From positions 12,906 to 76,905 of the forward strand of contig JAZTYY010000005.1 in assembly GCA_045637205.1 (NCBI GenBank): DNA of 64,000 nucleotides, given 5' to 3'. Below the pieces are notes generated by a model, which had not been told where the DNA came from, searched no databases, and worked only from the letters and a program-made list of their open reading frames with translations. Shown one piece after another: positions 1-9,195 of this stretch (positions within the stretch are counted from its first letter, which is position 1; every line of letters begins with the position of its first letter). The translations under genes and the position numbers were made by a program. The stretch is from Eubacteriales bacterium (GTDB lineage: Bacteria > Bacillota > Clostridia > Oscillospirales > CAG-272).

Positions 1-4
1 AGTA

Positions 5-33
5 TTGACAAATTAAATCACTTGTGCTAAAAT
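5..33 (+). promoter_or_regulatory. sigma-A-type promoter of the tRNA pair
   Basis: TTGACA 5-10, 17-nt spacer, TAAAAT 28-33, about 28 nt before the tRNA 5' end. Confidence 0.55.
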
Positions 34-60
34 AAACAAGTCGCAGATGTGCGGTAATAT

Positions 61-137
61 GGCGGGATAGCTCAGTTGGCTAGAGCAATCGGTTCATACC
101 CGATAGGTCATGGGTTCAAGTCCAATTCCCGCTACCA
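61..137 (+). tRNA. tRNA with CAU anticodon (Met; a lysidine-type Ile2 cannot be excluded)
   Basis: Cloverleaf folded by eye: acceptor GGCGGGA/TCCCGCT, anticodon arm ATCGG-TTCATAC-CCGAT, T-loop TTCAAGT, encoded CCA. Confidence 0.85.
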
Positions 138-141
138 TTCT

Positions 142-216
142 GGCCCGTTGGTCAAGCGGTTAAGACACGGCCCTTTCACGGCTGTAACATGGGTTCGATT
201 CCCGTACGGGTCACCA
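142..216 (+). tRNA. tRNA-Glu (UUC)
   Basis: Acceptor GGCCCGT/ACGGGTC, anticodon arm CGGCC-CTTTCAC-GGCTG (anticodon TTC), T-arm ATGGG-TTCGATT-CCCGT, encoded CCA. Confidence 0.92.
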
Positions 217-230
217 AATGAAAATAGCTT

Positions 231-269
231 GAACTTTTTTACCATTGGAAAAAGGTTCGGGCTTTTTTG
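231..269 (+). terminator. weak A/U-rich hairpin plus T-run after the tRNAs
   Basis: GAACTTTTTT / AAAAAGGTTC stem, loop ACCATTGG, then GGGCTTTTTT. Confidence 0.4.
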
Positions 270-302
270 TTTCTTAGAAGAAGTTAAAAAGTATTAAAAA
301 TA

Positions 303-334
303 GCGGACGGAGTTTTCTCCGTCCGCCATTTTTT
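303..334 (+). terminator. rho-independent terminator
   Basis: Perfect 10-bp stem GCGGACGGAG-TTTT-CTCCGTCCGC followed by CATTTTTT. Confidence 0.7.
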
Positions 335-398
335 AGATATTTTAGGCAGATTAGAATTGTTTATTTTCAGTCGATTTGTAATATTTCTATCATAATAC

Positions 399-427
399 TG
401 GAAATATTTTCAGATTTGTGATATAAT
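399..427 (+). promoter_or_regulatory. candidate extended -10 promoter of ORF 559-4080
   Basis: TGATATAAT at 419-427, weak -35 TGGAAA at 399-404 (17-nt spacer). Confidence 0.35.
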
Positions 428-558
428 AAACACCAATCAAGTGTATTAAGTGTCTAATTTGCGACATGTTAACAATACAGATGTATGATATAGATCTGTT
501 ATAACGAGCAATAGTGATTAATTCGAGGTTATATTAAATTATATGTAGGAGAATATAA

Positions 559-3500
559 ATGACAAAAAAATCAAAGAAATATAAAGAAACCACAAAAACC
601 ACTGTATCCGCGCTGAGTAATCCTTTCTCTACTGGAGGCGGAGGAGTGGATTTTGAACATCGTGTTCAGGCCACATTCTTATTGGCATTGTTGGTAGAAG
701 GTTTTTCACCTTTGCTAAATCTGCCGATAACATCGGTGCTTTTTCAAGCTAAAAGATCAGGATATGATACGGACGATATTGTTTTATTTTCGTCTTCTGA
801 TACATATTCTGCAAAATTAATATGTCAAATCAAGCATGGGATAACTATTACCGAAAATAATAAAACATTTAAGGATGTAATTGCTTCTGCTTGGAGTGAT
901 TTTAATAAACCTACATTTAATAGGCAAACTGATAAAATTGTATTAATTACAGGAGCAGTCGCAAAATCCAATACATTGCGCTTCATATATGATCAAGCAA
1001 ATGGTGCGTTAGATGCAAATGATTTTATTAATAGAATATATAGTCCTGGATACTCTAATGATACCAATCGAGAAAAGCTGAATGCTATCAAATCTCTTTT
1101 GAAAAAGGCCCATAATGACCAGGATATTACTGATGAGCAACTGTGGGAATTCTGCAAGGTGTTTACAATTCTTGTTTTTGACTTGGATTATGAGAGTAGT
1201 GTAAATGAATTTCTCATTCACGCATTGATTGCTACAAATTGCAAGGATAACGCCATATCGGTGTGGGCTCAACTTGTTGATCATGCAGCGAGATGTGATA
1301 AAACGGCCGCTCATGTTTCATTAAATAACATTCCGGAGTATGTCAAGCAAAACTTTAAAAATTTATTGTCGATATCCGATTCTATGCCAGAACCTCTTGA
1401 TTTTGAAATTGATTCTATCTGGGCAAAATTAGCTTTAATGGGATCTTGGAATGAAAAAAATGATTTTGATAAGAATTTAGTAGAGTCATTTTTAGGAAAA
1501 AGTTATTCAGAAATCCAAAAAATCATACAAGAGAATTCTTTGCAGCCAAACCCAAACGCTTCTTTTTCGCAGGGGTTATGGCACATCAACCATAGACGAT
1601 CAATTGTCAAAATTTGTTCAAAATTTTATTTTGAAAACGATGTCAAGAAATTCTTTGAAATCTCCCAAGAGGTTCTTAAAGAAAAAGATAAACGAATTCA
1701 AGATAATGGAGATTTTAGTTTGTTAGTTCCAGAATCTGGACCATTTGTACATTCTGAAGCATTAAGAAATGGAATAATACAGGGCCTTGCGATGATTTGT
1801 AATCTGTCTGGAACACAATTGTCGTGTTCTGCAGAAACAATTAATTTTGAAGCTATAATGTTGATTCGCAATTTGTTCGATGAATCGAACAGTTCGACAT
1901 GGATAAGTTTAGATTCACATCTGCCTACTGTTGCTGAAATTCACCCAACAGAATATTTATCTTGTTTGGAGAGACAAATTATTAATACCCCTCAAAATAT
2001 AGAATCTTTATTTCCAAAGAATGGCGATAATTTGTTGTTTTCCAGAAATTTTATTTGCTCAATATTGTGGTCTTTGGAAGGCTTGGCGTGGGATGAAAAA
2101 TATTTTGTGAAATGTATTAGAATATTAGGACAAATATCAAAATTAAAATTTGACAAAACCAATTCATCCAACACACCAATTAATTCTATCATAAGCATCA
2201 TGCTTCCTTGGCATATACAGACTTTAGCAACTAAGGAAAAGCAGAAGAATGCAATTAAAGCATTACAACAAGAATGTCCGGATGTTGCTTGGATAGTAAT
2301 CAAAGGATTACTTCCACATGCTACACGCACCACAGGAGGCACACATCAGCCGAGATACATTATTTCCAATTTGCCTAAAGAAGTAAGAACTTCCAATGAA
2401 GATATTTTAAGTTTGTATCAATATTATTCGCATGTAGCTTTAGGCTTGGCTAAAGCTGATTATTGTAAAATGGTTGATTTGTTATCATATTACGATGATA
2501 TGGACCGTGATACAATCGTAGAGTATCTGTCTTTGATAACAGAACAGGCTGCAGGATGGGATGATTCAAAAAAATATCCATTTTGGAAGGAGCTTTCTAA
2601 TCAAAAAGAATGGTTGGTTCATAATACTGAGGATGAATTGGACGACTTTATGATGAAGTTGTTAGAGTCTACTATTGAAAAAGTTGATCCTACTGACATT
2701 AGGTATATATATAGAAGATTGTATGAACCAGGATATTTTGACTATGATGATGAAGGCGAATTTCAAACAAAATGGCAAGCTAAACGAAAAAAACAAGAAA
2801 CTGCAGTTTATGACATATATGTTTTGTACGGAATAGAGTCTGTAGTAGAATTCGCAAAAGAACTCAACAACGAAGGCTGGATTGCTCAAAACTTAGGTAA
2901 GCAACTAAGTGAAGAAGACATAAAATTGCTTTTAAAAATGTGTTATGAAACCAAGTTGAATAAGGAGTTTTTTGCATCAGTAATTTACGGATATATAATA
3001 ACTAATGATTATGATGCGATAACTCAAATGGAATTGGAAACATATAGTTTGGATTATATCTCTTGGGTGCTTTCTTGTCTTCGTCCTTCTATGCGTTTAT
3101 TTGAAATTGTCGAAGAATTGTTGAGTGAACAGAGCAATTTGTATTGGGATTCTATCATTATTCCGCGCTTTGGTTTGGATGATGATGTTGATTTGAACTA
3201 TGTGTGGAAAAAGTTGGTTGAGCAAAAACGATATACTGCTGCTATTAATCTTTTTGGTATTACCGCTGAAAATTGTAGTATATCTCATGATAAGCTACAA
3301 GAAGTATTAACCCAAGCAGCAATTACTGAAAGCAACGATAGGTTGGACTCTGATGCTGTTAGAAATTTAATTGAACTATTACAGCTGTCGAGAAGCATAA
3401 GCATAGAAGCAATTTCTAATGTGGAACTTATATATTTATCTTGGCTTGATGAATATTCCAAAGTAAAGCCATTAGCCTTGAGATATCGATTAGCAAATGA

Positions 3501-4080
3501 ACCAATGTTTTTCTGTGATTTGATAAGACTGTTCTACAAAAAAAGACATTCTGAAACACATGAAGAAAAAATATCCGAGCAGATGGCAAAAAGACTTTGG
3601 CAAATATTGCACAATTTCTGCGTAATTCCAGGAACAGACTGGGAGGGCAAATACAACGAAAACTGTTTTTGCCAATGGATTGATTATTGCAAGACTTGGG
3701 CTAAGGCAGAAGATCGAGAAGCTGTAGTGCAGCAAACTATCGGTAATGGCCTCTCATATGCACATAAACTCGAGAATGGTCTTATTGATGACTTTATTAT
3801 GAGAGAACTCAATAAGATTGAAAATGAAGAAATGCGCCGGGGATATAGAATAGGTATTTTCAATCAGCGAGGAGTTAGGTGGATTGATCCCGAGGGAAAA
3901 CCAGAATTCCAACTTGCCGAAAAATACAAAGATATGGCAGAATCTGCAGAATCTATAGGATATGCAAAATATGCAGAGATACTTCGTGTAATTTCAGATG
4001 ATTATATCAGTGAAGCAAAACACCACATTAGAGAACATCAACTTCAGCAAGAACTTCACAAAAGAGAAAATGACGACTAA
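559..4080 (+). CDS. large orphan protein, 1173 aa: PD-(D/E)xK-like N-terminal signature plus long helical-repeat body
   Basis: Uninterrupted 3.5-kb ORF, RBS AGGAG 7 nt upstream. N-terminal GGGGVDFEHRVQ ... YDTDDIVLF ... LICQIKHG. No Walker A, signal peptide or TM segment seen. Hairpin terminators on both sides. Confidence 0.85.
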   Translation: MTKKSKKYKETTKTTVSALSNPFSTGGGGVDFEHRVQATFLLALLVEGFSPLLNLPITSVLFQAKRSGYDTDDIVLFSSSDTYSAKLICQIKHGITITENNKTFKDVIASAWSDFNKPTFNRQTDKIVLITGAVAKSNTLRFIYDQANGALDANDFINRIYSPGYSNDTNREKLNAIKSLLKKAHNDQDITDEQLWEFCKVFTILVFDLDYESSVNEFLIHALIATNCKDNAISVWAQLVDHAARCDKTAAHVSLNNIPEYVKQNFKNLLSISDSMPEPLDFEIDSIWAKLALMGSWNEKNDFDKNLVESFLGKSYSEIQKIIQENSLQPNPNASFSQGLWHINHRRSIVKICSKFYFENDVKKFFEISQEVLKEKDKRIQDNGDFSLLVPESGPFVHSEALRNGIIQGLAMICNLSGTQLSCSAETINFEAIMLIRNLFDESNSSTWISLDSHLPTVAEIHPTEYLSCLERQIINTPQNIESLFPKNGDNLLFSRNFICSILWSLEGLAWDEKYFVKCIRILGQISKLKFDKTNSSNTPINSIISIMLPWHIQTLATKEKQKNAIKALQQECPDVAWIVIKGLLPHATRTTGGTHQPRYIISNLPKEVRTSNEDILSLYQYYSHVALGLAKADYCKMVDLLSYYDDMDRDTIVEYLSLITEQAAGWDDSKKYPFWKELSNQKEWLVHNTEDELDDFMMKLLESTIEKVDPTDIRYIYRRLYEPGYFDYDDEGEFQTKWQAKRKKQETAVYDIYVLYGIESVVEFAKELNNEGWIAQNLGKQLSEEDIKLLLKMCYETKLNKEFFASVIYGYIITNDYDAITQMELETYSLDYISWVLSCLRPSMRLFEIVEELLSEQSNLYWDSIIIPRFGLDDDVDLNYVWKKLVEQKRYTAAINLFGITAENCSISHDKLQEVLTQAAITESNDRLDSDAVRNLIELLQLSRSISIEAISNVELIYLSWLDEYSKVKPLALRYRLANEPMFFCDLIRLFYKKRHSETHEEKISEQMAKRLWQILHNFCVIPGTDWEGKYNENCFCQWIDYCKTWAKAEDREAVVQQTIGNGLSYAHKLENGLIDDFIMRELNKIENEEMRRGYRIGIFNQRGVRWIDPEGKPEFQLAEKYKDMAESAESIGYAKYAEILRVISDDYISEAKHHIREHQLQQELHKRENDD

Positions 4081-4129
4081 ATTAATTGCGTAATAATAAA
4101 CGTTGGCTATTTTTGAAGATAATAGAAAC

Positions 4130-4164
4130 AACGGACGGAGACATCTCCGTCCGTTATTTCTTTT
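4130..4164. terminator. bidirectional hairpin terminator between convergent genes
   Basis: AACGGACGGAG-ACAT-CTCCGTCCGTT then ATTTCTTTT; same 9-bp stem core as the hairpin at 303-326. Confidence 0.65.
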
Positions 4165-4253
4165 CGGAACATTCCGAGTAATCGTACGATTATGTTTTGT
4201 TATATATTAAATTATGATAGTTTTGTTTTAGGTGTTTTCATCTTAATTTTGTT

Positions 4254-4406
4254 TTATTGCTTTTCATTTTTGTTGCTTTCGTCACTTGCTTGTCTTTTCT
4301 CTTTTGAAAGTAAATACTCTCTGCATATCGGCAGAAGAATACGTGCAAGTGAATCAAGCTGATACTCAGAAATATCCAAATCATTATTTTGGATATTCTT
4401 TGCCAT
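4254..4406 (-). CDS. small hypothetical protein (50 aa) downstream of the integrase
   Basis: Hand translation MAKNIQNNDLDISEYQLDSLARILLPICREYLLSKEKRQASDESNKNEKQ; GGAGG about 13 nt upstream; below the ORF-track length cutoff. Confidence 0.3.
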   Translation of the reverse strand: MAKNIQNNDLDISEYQLDSLARILLPICREYLLSKEKRQASDESNKNEKQ

Positions 4407-4476
4407 AAAACAGTATTAACCTCCTTTCTTAGATGATTCTATATATATTATGATAGATTTGCCTTGAATTCTGCAA

Positions 4477-5517
4477 TCACCCCGAAATCGACGCCAAATA
4501 GTGATCCGCGACTATGCTCTCGCGATTATGTCCGAGGGCGCGAGATGCTTCAAAAAGTGCCTTGCGGTCATATGATGTGCCTTTTAGATCCTTGCGACAA
4601 TAATACGCGGAGCCCACGTCCCTGAAGCCCTTTAGCAATATTCTTTTGCCGTCTATTGTAGTGTAATAGTCCTCATTGCCTCTAATTAACTTTCTCCCGC
4701 TTTTTGACGTGTAGCTCTTGACTATCTCATTCTTGTATATGATTAATCTCTCATTCTTAAACTCATCGAGAGAGCGTTTGTAATCGTTGTATATGCGTGC
4801 TGCATATTCTCCCCTGTATGAGTGTATATCAGCATTTTCACTTGGGTTCGGGAATATCTTGTCCTCTCCTGACTTTTTACACAATTCAATTACAAACTTA
4901 ATCTCATTCTCATTACCAACGATAGGCGATATCCTTGTTCGTCCGCCCTTAGTGTTTTTTGTTATATGTAAAAAGTACTTTCCGTCTTTTTCTATAAGAT
5001 CATTTCCTCTTATTTGTGAAAGCTCTCCTCTGCGGAGTCCCGTGCATTTACAGAACATAATGAGATCAGCATTGTTCTTCTCACTAAAGTTTTTATCTCT
5101 TTCTGCTGTTCCTCTGCTTCTTGTGATATTACTTCTTTTTCTTTGTGGAGTGGTAATATCAAAATCTCTTGTACTGCAACCGTAAAGCTTTGCCAAAGCG
5201 CACGCCTCAAGTTTTATCGTATATGGAGATTGCCCTCTGTCTATTTCTGCCTGTATCCATTTTTCAACGAACAGTCTGCACTCTTCAAGAGTACGTACCT
5301 TATGACCAATGCGCTCATCAGCGGGTTGCTCCTTGCACCACTTGACGAAATAGCAGCAGTGCTTCAAATATGCTTTATACGTGGACCACGAATATATTTT
5401 CTCCGTGTGAGCATTTTTCAGCTTGGCTGCATATTTGCTCTCACCTATAGCAAGCTTGGAGTTAAGGTTTTCTTTCACTTGCTCTGTTAATGATTTTCTC
5501 GGTTTATTGTGTCCCAT
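4477..5517 (-). CDS. tyrosine-type site-specific recombinase / integrase
   Basis: 346 aa; catalytic-domain motifs TGLRRGEL (Arg I) and LGHNRESIVADHYL (His-x-x-Arg ... Tyr); N-terminal SAM-like core-binding region; RBS GGAGG. Confidence 0.9.
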   Translation of the reverse strand: MGHNKPRKSLTEQVKENLNSKLAIGESKYAAKLKNAHTEKIYSWSTYKAYLKHCCYFVKWCKEQPADERIGHKVRTLEECRLFVEKWIQAEIDRGQSPYTIKLEACALAKLYGCSTRDFDITTPQRKRSNITRSRGTAERDKNFSEKNNADLIMFCKCTGLRRGELSQIRGNDLIEKDGKYFLHITKNTKGGRTRISPIVGNENEIKFVIELCKKSGEDKIFPNPSENADIHSYRGEYAARIYNDYKRSLDEFKNERLIIYKNEIVKSYTSKSGRKLIRGNEDYYTTIDGKRILLKGFRDVGSAYYCRKDLKGTSYDRKALFEASRALGHNRESIVADHYLASISG

Positions 5518-5656
5518 ATTTACCTCCTTTCCTAAAATGACAATAGAAACCCGTAGGCACTTTTGAGTATATGTGCCCTCTATATGTATTAAATTATCCG
5601 TTAAAGCTAAGCATCCCCACCTGAATTATAGATGCGGCAGGCCATCTGTTTAGTCA

Positions 5657-5776
5657 CCCAATTTGTCGACAATCGTCGTTTTAAGAACCGATCCGCAAGG
5701 GTTTCTTGATTTTTTGCCCAATTTTGCCGCGATTGTCGTATTAAGAATCAATCCGCAAGGGCATTTTTAGATTTTG
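5657..5776. repeat. two imperfect 60-bp tandem repeats upstream of the integrase
   Basis: Unit A 5657-5716 and unit B 5717-5776 both read CCCAATTT(T)G..CGTCGT(T/A)TTAAGAA(C/T)C(G/A)ATCCGCAAGGG...GATTTT. Confidence 0.7.
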
Positions 5777-6100
5777 GCGCGTTATTTTACAGCCACGCGC
5801 CACGGCTGTTTGCGATTTTTCGAGGGGTCGCAAAACCCACAAAGATTTTCCCGTTTACTCGATTGTTTCACCACGAGTAACCGTAAAATCTCTCTTTTTT
5901 CTCTTTCATTTTGTTCTTTCAATTTCTCATTCTTTTGTTTCCTCCATTATTCTATCCGTATTTGCTTTCATAATTAAAGCGAAAGCGGTTTTTCTTTTAC
6001 TCCAATATTGTATATAGCTTCTACTATATATGGTGCAATATGGCAGTGCTCCGTAAACGGAGAGAAATGAAAGAGTGATGAGGGAAGAAAAAAGAGAGCA

Positions 6101-6138
6101 AAAACCTCCCTCAGCACTTAAATGCTGAGGGAGGTTTT
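6101..6138 (-). terminator. rho-independent terminator (minus strand)
   Basis: 16-bp perfect stem AAAACCTCCCTCAGCA / TGCTGAGGGAGGTTTT; on the minus strand followed by TTGCTCTCTTTTTT; lies just after the pseudogene stop. Confidence 0.7.
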
Positions 6139-6149
6139 GCTGTACCCTA

Positions 6150-6666
6150 TTAATTTGGTTCTTCTGACTCATCGCAATCTCTGATCAAATAATAGTTCAA
6201 ATTATCTGGATCATCATATCCTTCCCAATCGCCTTGAGCAAGGGAAAGAAAATCAGAATCAAAAAGAAGGAAAATCTACAATCGTTTACTCGATATACTC
6301 GAGTCTTGCATGTGTGATCTTCTTCATAGAATCTTGCCATAAAAGATATGGCTTCCTTGACATTCTGAAAACTTTGCATAAAACCACTATCTTTCATATC
6401 AAAGACAGCGTAAGAGTCCTCATTAAGATGAAGCTTTTTAATACATCTTCTGAAAACTCGGACAAAAACGTATCTCCGTTCCATTCTCGAGTAAGTATTA
6501 CTCTATCCATAGAACTCAAATTCTTGCCATACATATCTACCTCTAAATGATTATAGGGACATTAAAGTAAAGTTCTGTCATCCTCTAAATTGAACTGAGG
6601 CAAAGCTCCACAGCAAGGGCATACATTGGTTTTAATTTTAACCAATTTGATTTTTTTTGTATACAT
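6150..6666 (-). pseudogene. decayed gene (one in-frame stop plus at least two frameshifts), product unknown
   Basis: ATG 6666 with RBS AGGAGG gives MYTKKIKLVKIKTNVCPCCG...LL*. Protein-like segments continue in shifted frames (..EFSEDVLKSF / HLNEDSYAVFDMKDSGFMQSFQNVKEAISFMARFYEEDH / LAQGDWEGYDDPDNLNYYLIRDCDESEEPN*). Confidence 0.4.
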
Positions 6667-7033
6667 ATCTGTATACCTCCTATGTTATTTTTTGAGATAT
6701 TATTTCGTTTTGTATTCTCCAACACTCAATAACTCTCCATTACTGTTATGCAAGATGAAAACTAAAATAAGATAACGAAATTCTAAAAAACGACTGTTTT
6801 TTGAAAAATTTTTATTTTTTCTTGATTTTATTTTGAAATTTAACATTTTTTGATGTGGAATATCGCCATATAATAACATCGGCTGGATTTTGTTTTAGGC
6901 ATAACAGTATTCTAAAATTATGATAATATTTGACATTTTTTCAAAAAAATAACATAAATGGATAATTTAGTAATTATTTTATTAATCTTTTTCTACAAAA
7001 ACAAAATTATTATAAAAAAATTCATATTAGTTA

Positions 7034-7062
7034 TTGAATAATTGAAAAATTTGTGTTAGAAT
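7034..7062 (+). promoter_or_regulatory. promoter of the AraC-family regulator
   Basis: TTGAAT 7034-7039, 17-nt spacer, extended -10 TGTTAGAAT ending at 7062. Confidence 0.5.
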
Positions 7063-7082
7063 AGAGAAAAAGGAGGGATGAT

Positions 7083-7853
7083 ATGCAAAATTTTATATTT
7101 TACAACTATAGCCGACTGAATTCGGAAGAAATCAAGCACGAAGCTCACACCCACAACTCCTTTGAATTGATTTTCGTTTATGAAGCAACGGGCACCTATC
7201 ACGTTGAGGACAAGTATTATCAGATTAATTCCTACGACCTCATTATCACCCGCCCCGGTGTCCATCACTTCATAGATCTTAAGGCAAACACGAATTATGA
7301 AAGAATAAACATTCTTGTTGAATACAATAGCTCCCTTGCTTATCAGTTAAAAAAATACTGCAAACAGTTCGATATAATCAGCTGCAGAAACCTTGATAAT
7401 ATCGTGAGTGCTTTCGACAGAATGAAGGAATATCACGACAATTTAAGCAGTGAGGATTTTTCTCTTCTTCTCAATTCTTTAATAATCGAGATTGCAGTAA
7501 ACACTCAGTTTTTCACCAAAGATTACGCAAATACCCCCAAGAACATTTCTCCGACGATAAGCCAAGCACTTGACTATATCAATAAGCATCTGTTTGAAAT
7601 AGAAAACGTTCAAGAGATAAGCTCTGCTCTATTCATTTCAAAAAACTATTTGATTGCACTTTTCAAAGAAACGCTTGAGATCACTCCTATGAAGTATATC
7701 AACAACAAAAGATTGGTTATGGCGCAAAAGCGTCTTCTTAAAGGCGAAAAGCCAACCAAAATTTACGCGGAATGCGGTTTCAATAACTACGTAACATTTT
7801 ATAAAGCATACACAAATTATTTTGGACATCCCCCGTCGGATGATATAAACTAA
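7083..7853 (+). CDS. AraC-family transcriptional regulator (cupin-like sensor plus HTH)
   Basis: 256 aa; C-terminal AraC HTH ISSALFISKNYLIALFKE...MKYINNKRLVMAQKRLL...IYAECGFNNYVTFYKAYTNYFGHPPS; RBS AGGAGGG. Confidence 0.9.
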   Translation: MQNFIFYNYSRLNSEEIKHEAHTHNSFELIFVYEATGTYHVEDKYYQINSYDLIITRPGVHHFIDLKANTNYERINILVEYNSSLAYQLKKYCKQFDIISCRNLDNIVSAFDRMKEYHDNLSSEDFSLLLNSLIIEIAVNTQFFTKDYANTPKNISPTISQALDYINKHLFEIENVQEISSALFISKNYLIALFKETLEITPMKYINNKRLVMAQKRLLKGEKPTKIYAECGFNNYVTFYKAYTNYFGHPPSDDIN

Positions 7854-7884
7854 AAAGGTCGGTTGTATTCAACCGACCTTTTTT
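7853..7884. terminator. bidirectional terminator between the AraC gene and the ATPase gene
   Basis: AAAAGGTCGGTTG-TATT-CAACCGACCTTTT flanked by an A-run and a T-run. Confidence 0.75.
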
Positions 7885-7889
7885 AATAT

Positions 7890-9074
7890 TTACTTTCTGA
7901 TGCTTATTTCAGTTTTCTTATCGAAGATATGTATAGCTTCTTCGTCAAGACCGAGGATAATCTCGCTCTTTCTTGCAGGGTTATTCTTAAGTTTTGCAGA
8001 AGCTACGATGCTTGTGGGGCTCTTTTCGATTGAACCGTCAGCCTCTTTATCAAGATTAGCATAGATGATTGTTTCGTTACCAAGAGCTTCAATCACCTCA
8101 ACTCTGGCAGTTACGCTCATATCGTTTTCAACATCAAGAACCTTAAGGTCACCGGGACGAATACCCATAACGATATCAAGACCTGAACCAATCTTCTTTT
8201 CATCAAAGTTAGCAAGCGCTTCCTTAGAGAGCTTGATTGTCTGGTTATTAGCAAACGTAATCTTACCGTCAGGAGTAATTCTACCGTCAAAGAAGTTCAT
8301 TTGAGGTGTACCGATAAATCCTGCAACGAATGTGTTAATGGGATAATCGTAAAGTTCCTGAGGTGCACCAATCTGCTGTACAAAGCCGTCTTTCATAACA
8401 ACGATTCTTGTACCCATTGTCATAGCTTCAACCTGGTCGTGAGTTACGTAAATAAACGTTGCACCAAGCTGATCGTGAAGTTTGATAATTTCACTTCTCA
8501 TAGCTGCTCTGAGCTTTGCGTCAAGGTTAGAAAGGGGTTCGTCAAGAAGGAATACCTTGGGATTTCTTACAATAGTTCTACCAAGCGCAACTCTCTGACG
8601 CTGACCACCTGAAAGCGCCTTGGGCTTTCTCTTAAGATATTCTTCAATAGCAAGAATCTTTGCAGCTCTTTGAACCTTTTCATCAATTTCCTTTTTGGTG
8701 TACTTTCTGAGCTGTCCTGTTACAGGGTCTTGGATTTTACGAAGCTTAAGACCGAATGCCATATTGTCATATACGGTCATATGGGGATAGAGCGCGTAGT
8801 TCTGGAATACCATCGCGATATCTCTGTCCTTGGGTGCTACGTCGTTAACGAGTGTATCATCGATCCAGATCTCACCGTCGGTGATCTCTTCAAGACCTGC
8901 GATCATACGAAGTGTTGTTGACTTACCACATCCGGAGGGACCAACGAATACGATGAATTCCTTGTCCTGAATTTCCATGCAGAAATCAGAAACTGCGGGC
9001 TTTTGATTTTTTGCAGACTTTTTGTCTGCGTTGTCATAGATTTTGTACACGTGTTTAAGTGTTACTGTTGACAT
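7890..9074 (-). CDS. sugar ABC transporter ATP-binding protein (MsmX/MalK/UgpC type)
   Basis: Walker A GPSGCGKST, signature LSGGQRQR, Walker B FLLDEPLSNLD, C-terminal MalK-like regulatory domain (394 aa). Confidence 0.92.
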   Translation of the reverse strand: MSTVTLKHVYKIYDNADKKSAKNQKPAVSDFCMEIQDKEFIVFVGPSGCGKSTTLRMIAGLEEITDGEIWIDDTLVNDVAPKDRDIAMVFQNYALYPHMTVYDNMAFGLKLRKIQDPVTGQLRKYTKKEIDEKVQRAAKILAIEEYLKRKPKALSGGQRQRVALGRTIVRNPKVFLLDEPLSNLDAKLRAAMRSEIIKLHDQLGATFIYVTHDQVEAMTMGTRIVVMKDGFVQQIGAPQELYDYPINTFVAGFIGTPQMNFFDGRITPDGKITFANNQTIKLSKEALANFDEKKIGSGLDIVMGIRPGDLKVLDVENDMSVTARVEVIEALGNETIIYANLDKEADGSIEKSPTSIVASAKLKNNPARKSEIILGLDEEAIHIFDKKTEISIRK

Positions 9075-9195
9075 ATTTTTCTCCTTTTGCGTTACTTTTG
9101 GCCGCTATATTCGGTGGCATTAAAACAAAATTTGCCCCAGCGGTTTTCCTCAAACGCGGTTTATTTTGAATATATATAAATATATATTTCCTTAA

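Larger units (their letters stand above)
217..6700. mobile_element. integrase-associated genomic islet next to tRNA-Glu (boundaries approximate, no att repeats found)
   Basis: Starts right after the tRNA genes; contains a tyrosine integrase, an orphan cargo gene, tandem repeats and a frameshifted gene; visibly more AT-rich than the 7083+ locus. Confidence 0.4.

Noticed and set aside
76-297. 73-aa ORF from the six-frame track
   Set aside because: It is made entirely of the two tRNA genes and their terminator hairpin. It has no RBS, so it is spurious.
5774-6172. ORFs 5774-5977 (+) and 5927-6172 (-)
   Set aside because: Both are low-complexity, lack an RBS, and overlap repeat and terminator sequence (the 6101-6138 hairpin). 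They are treated as non-coding spacer of the decayed islet.
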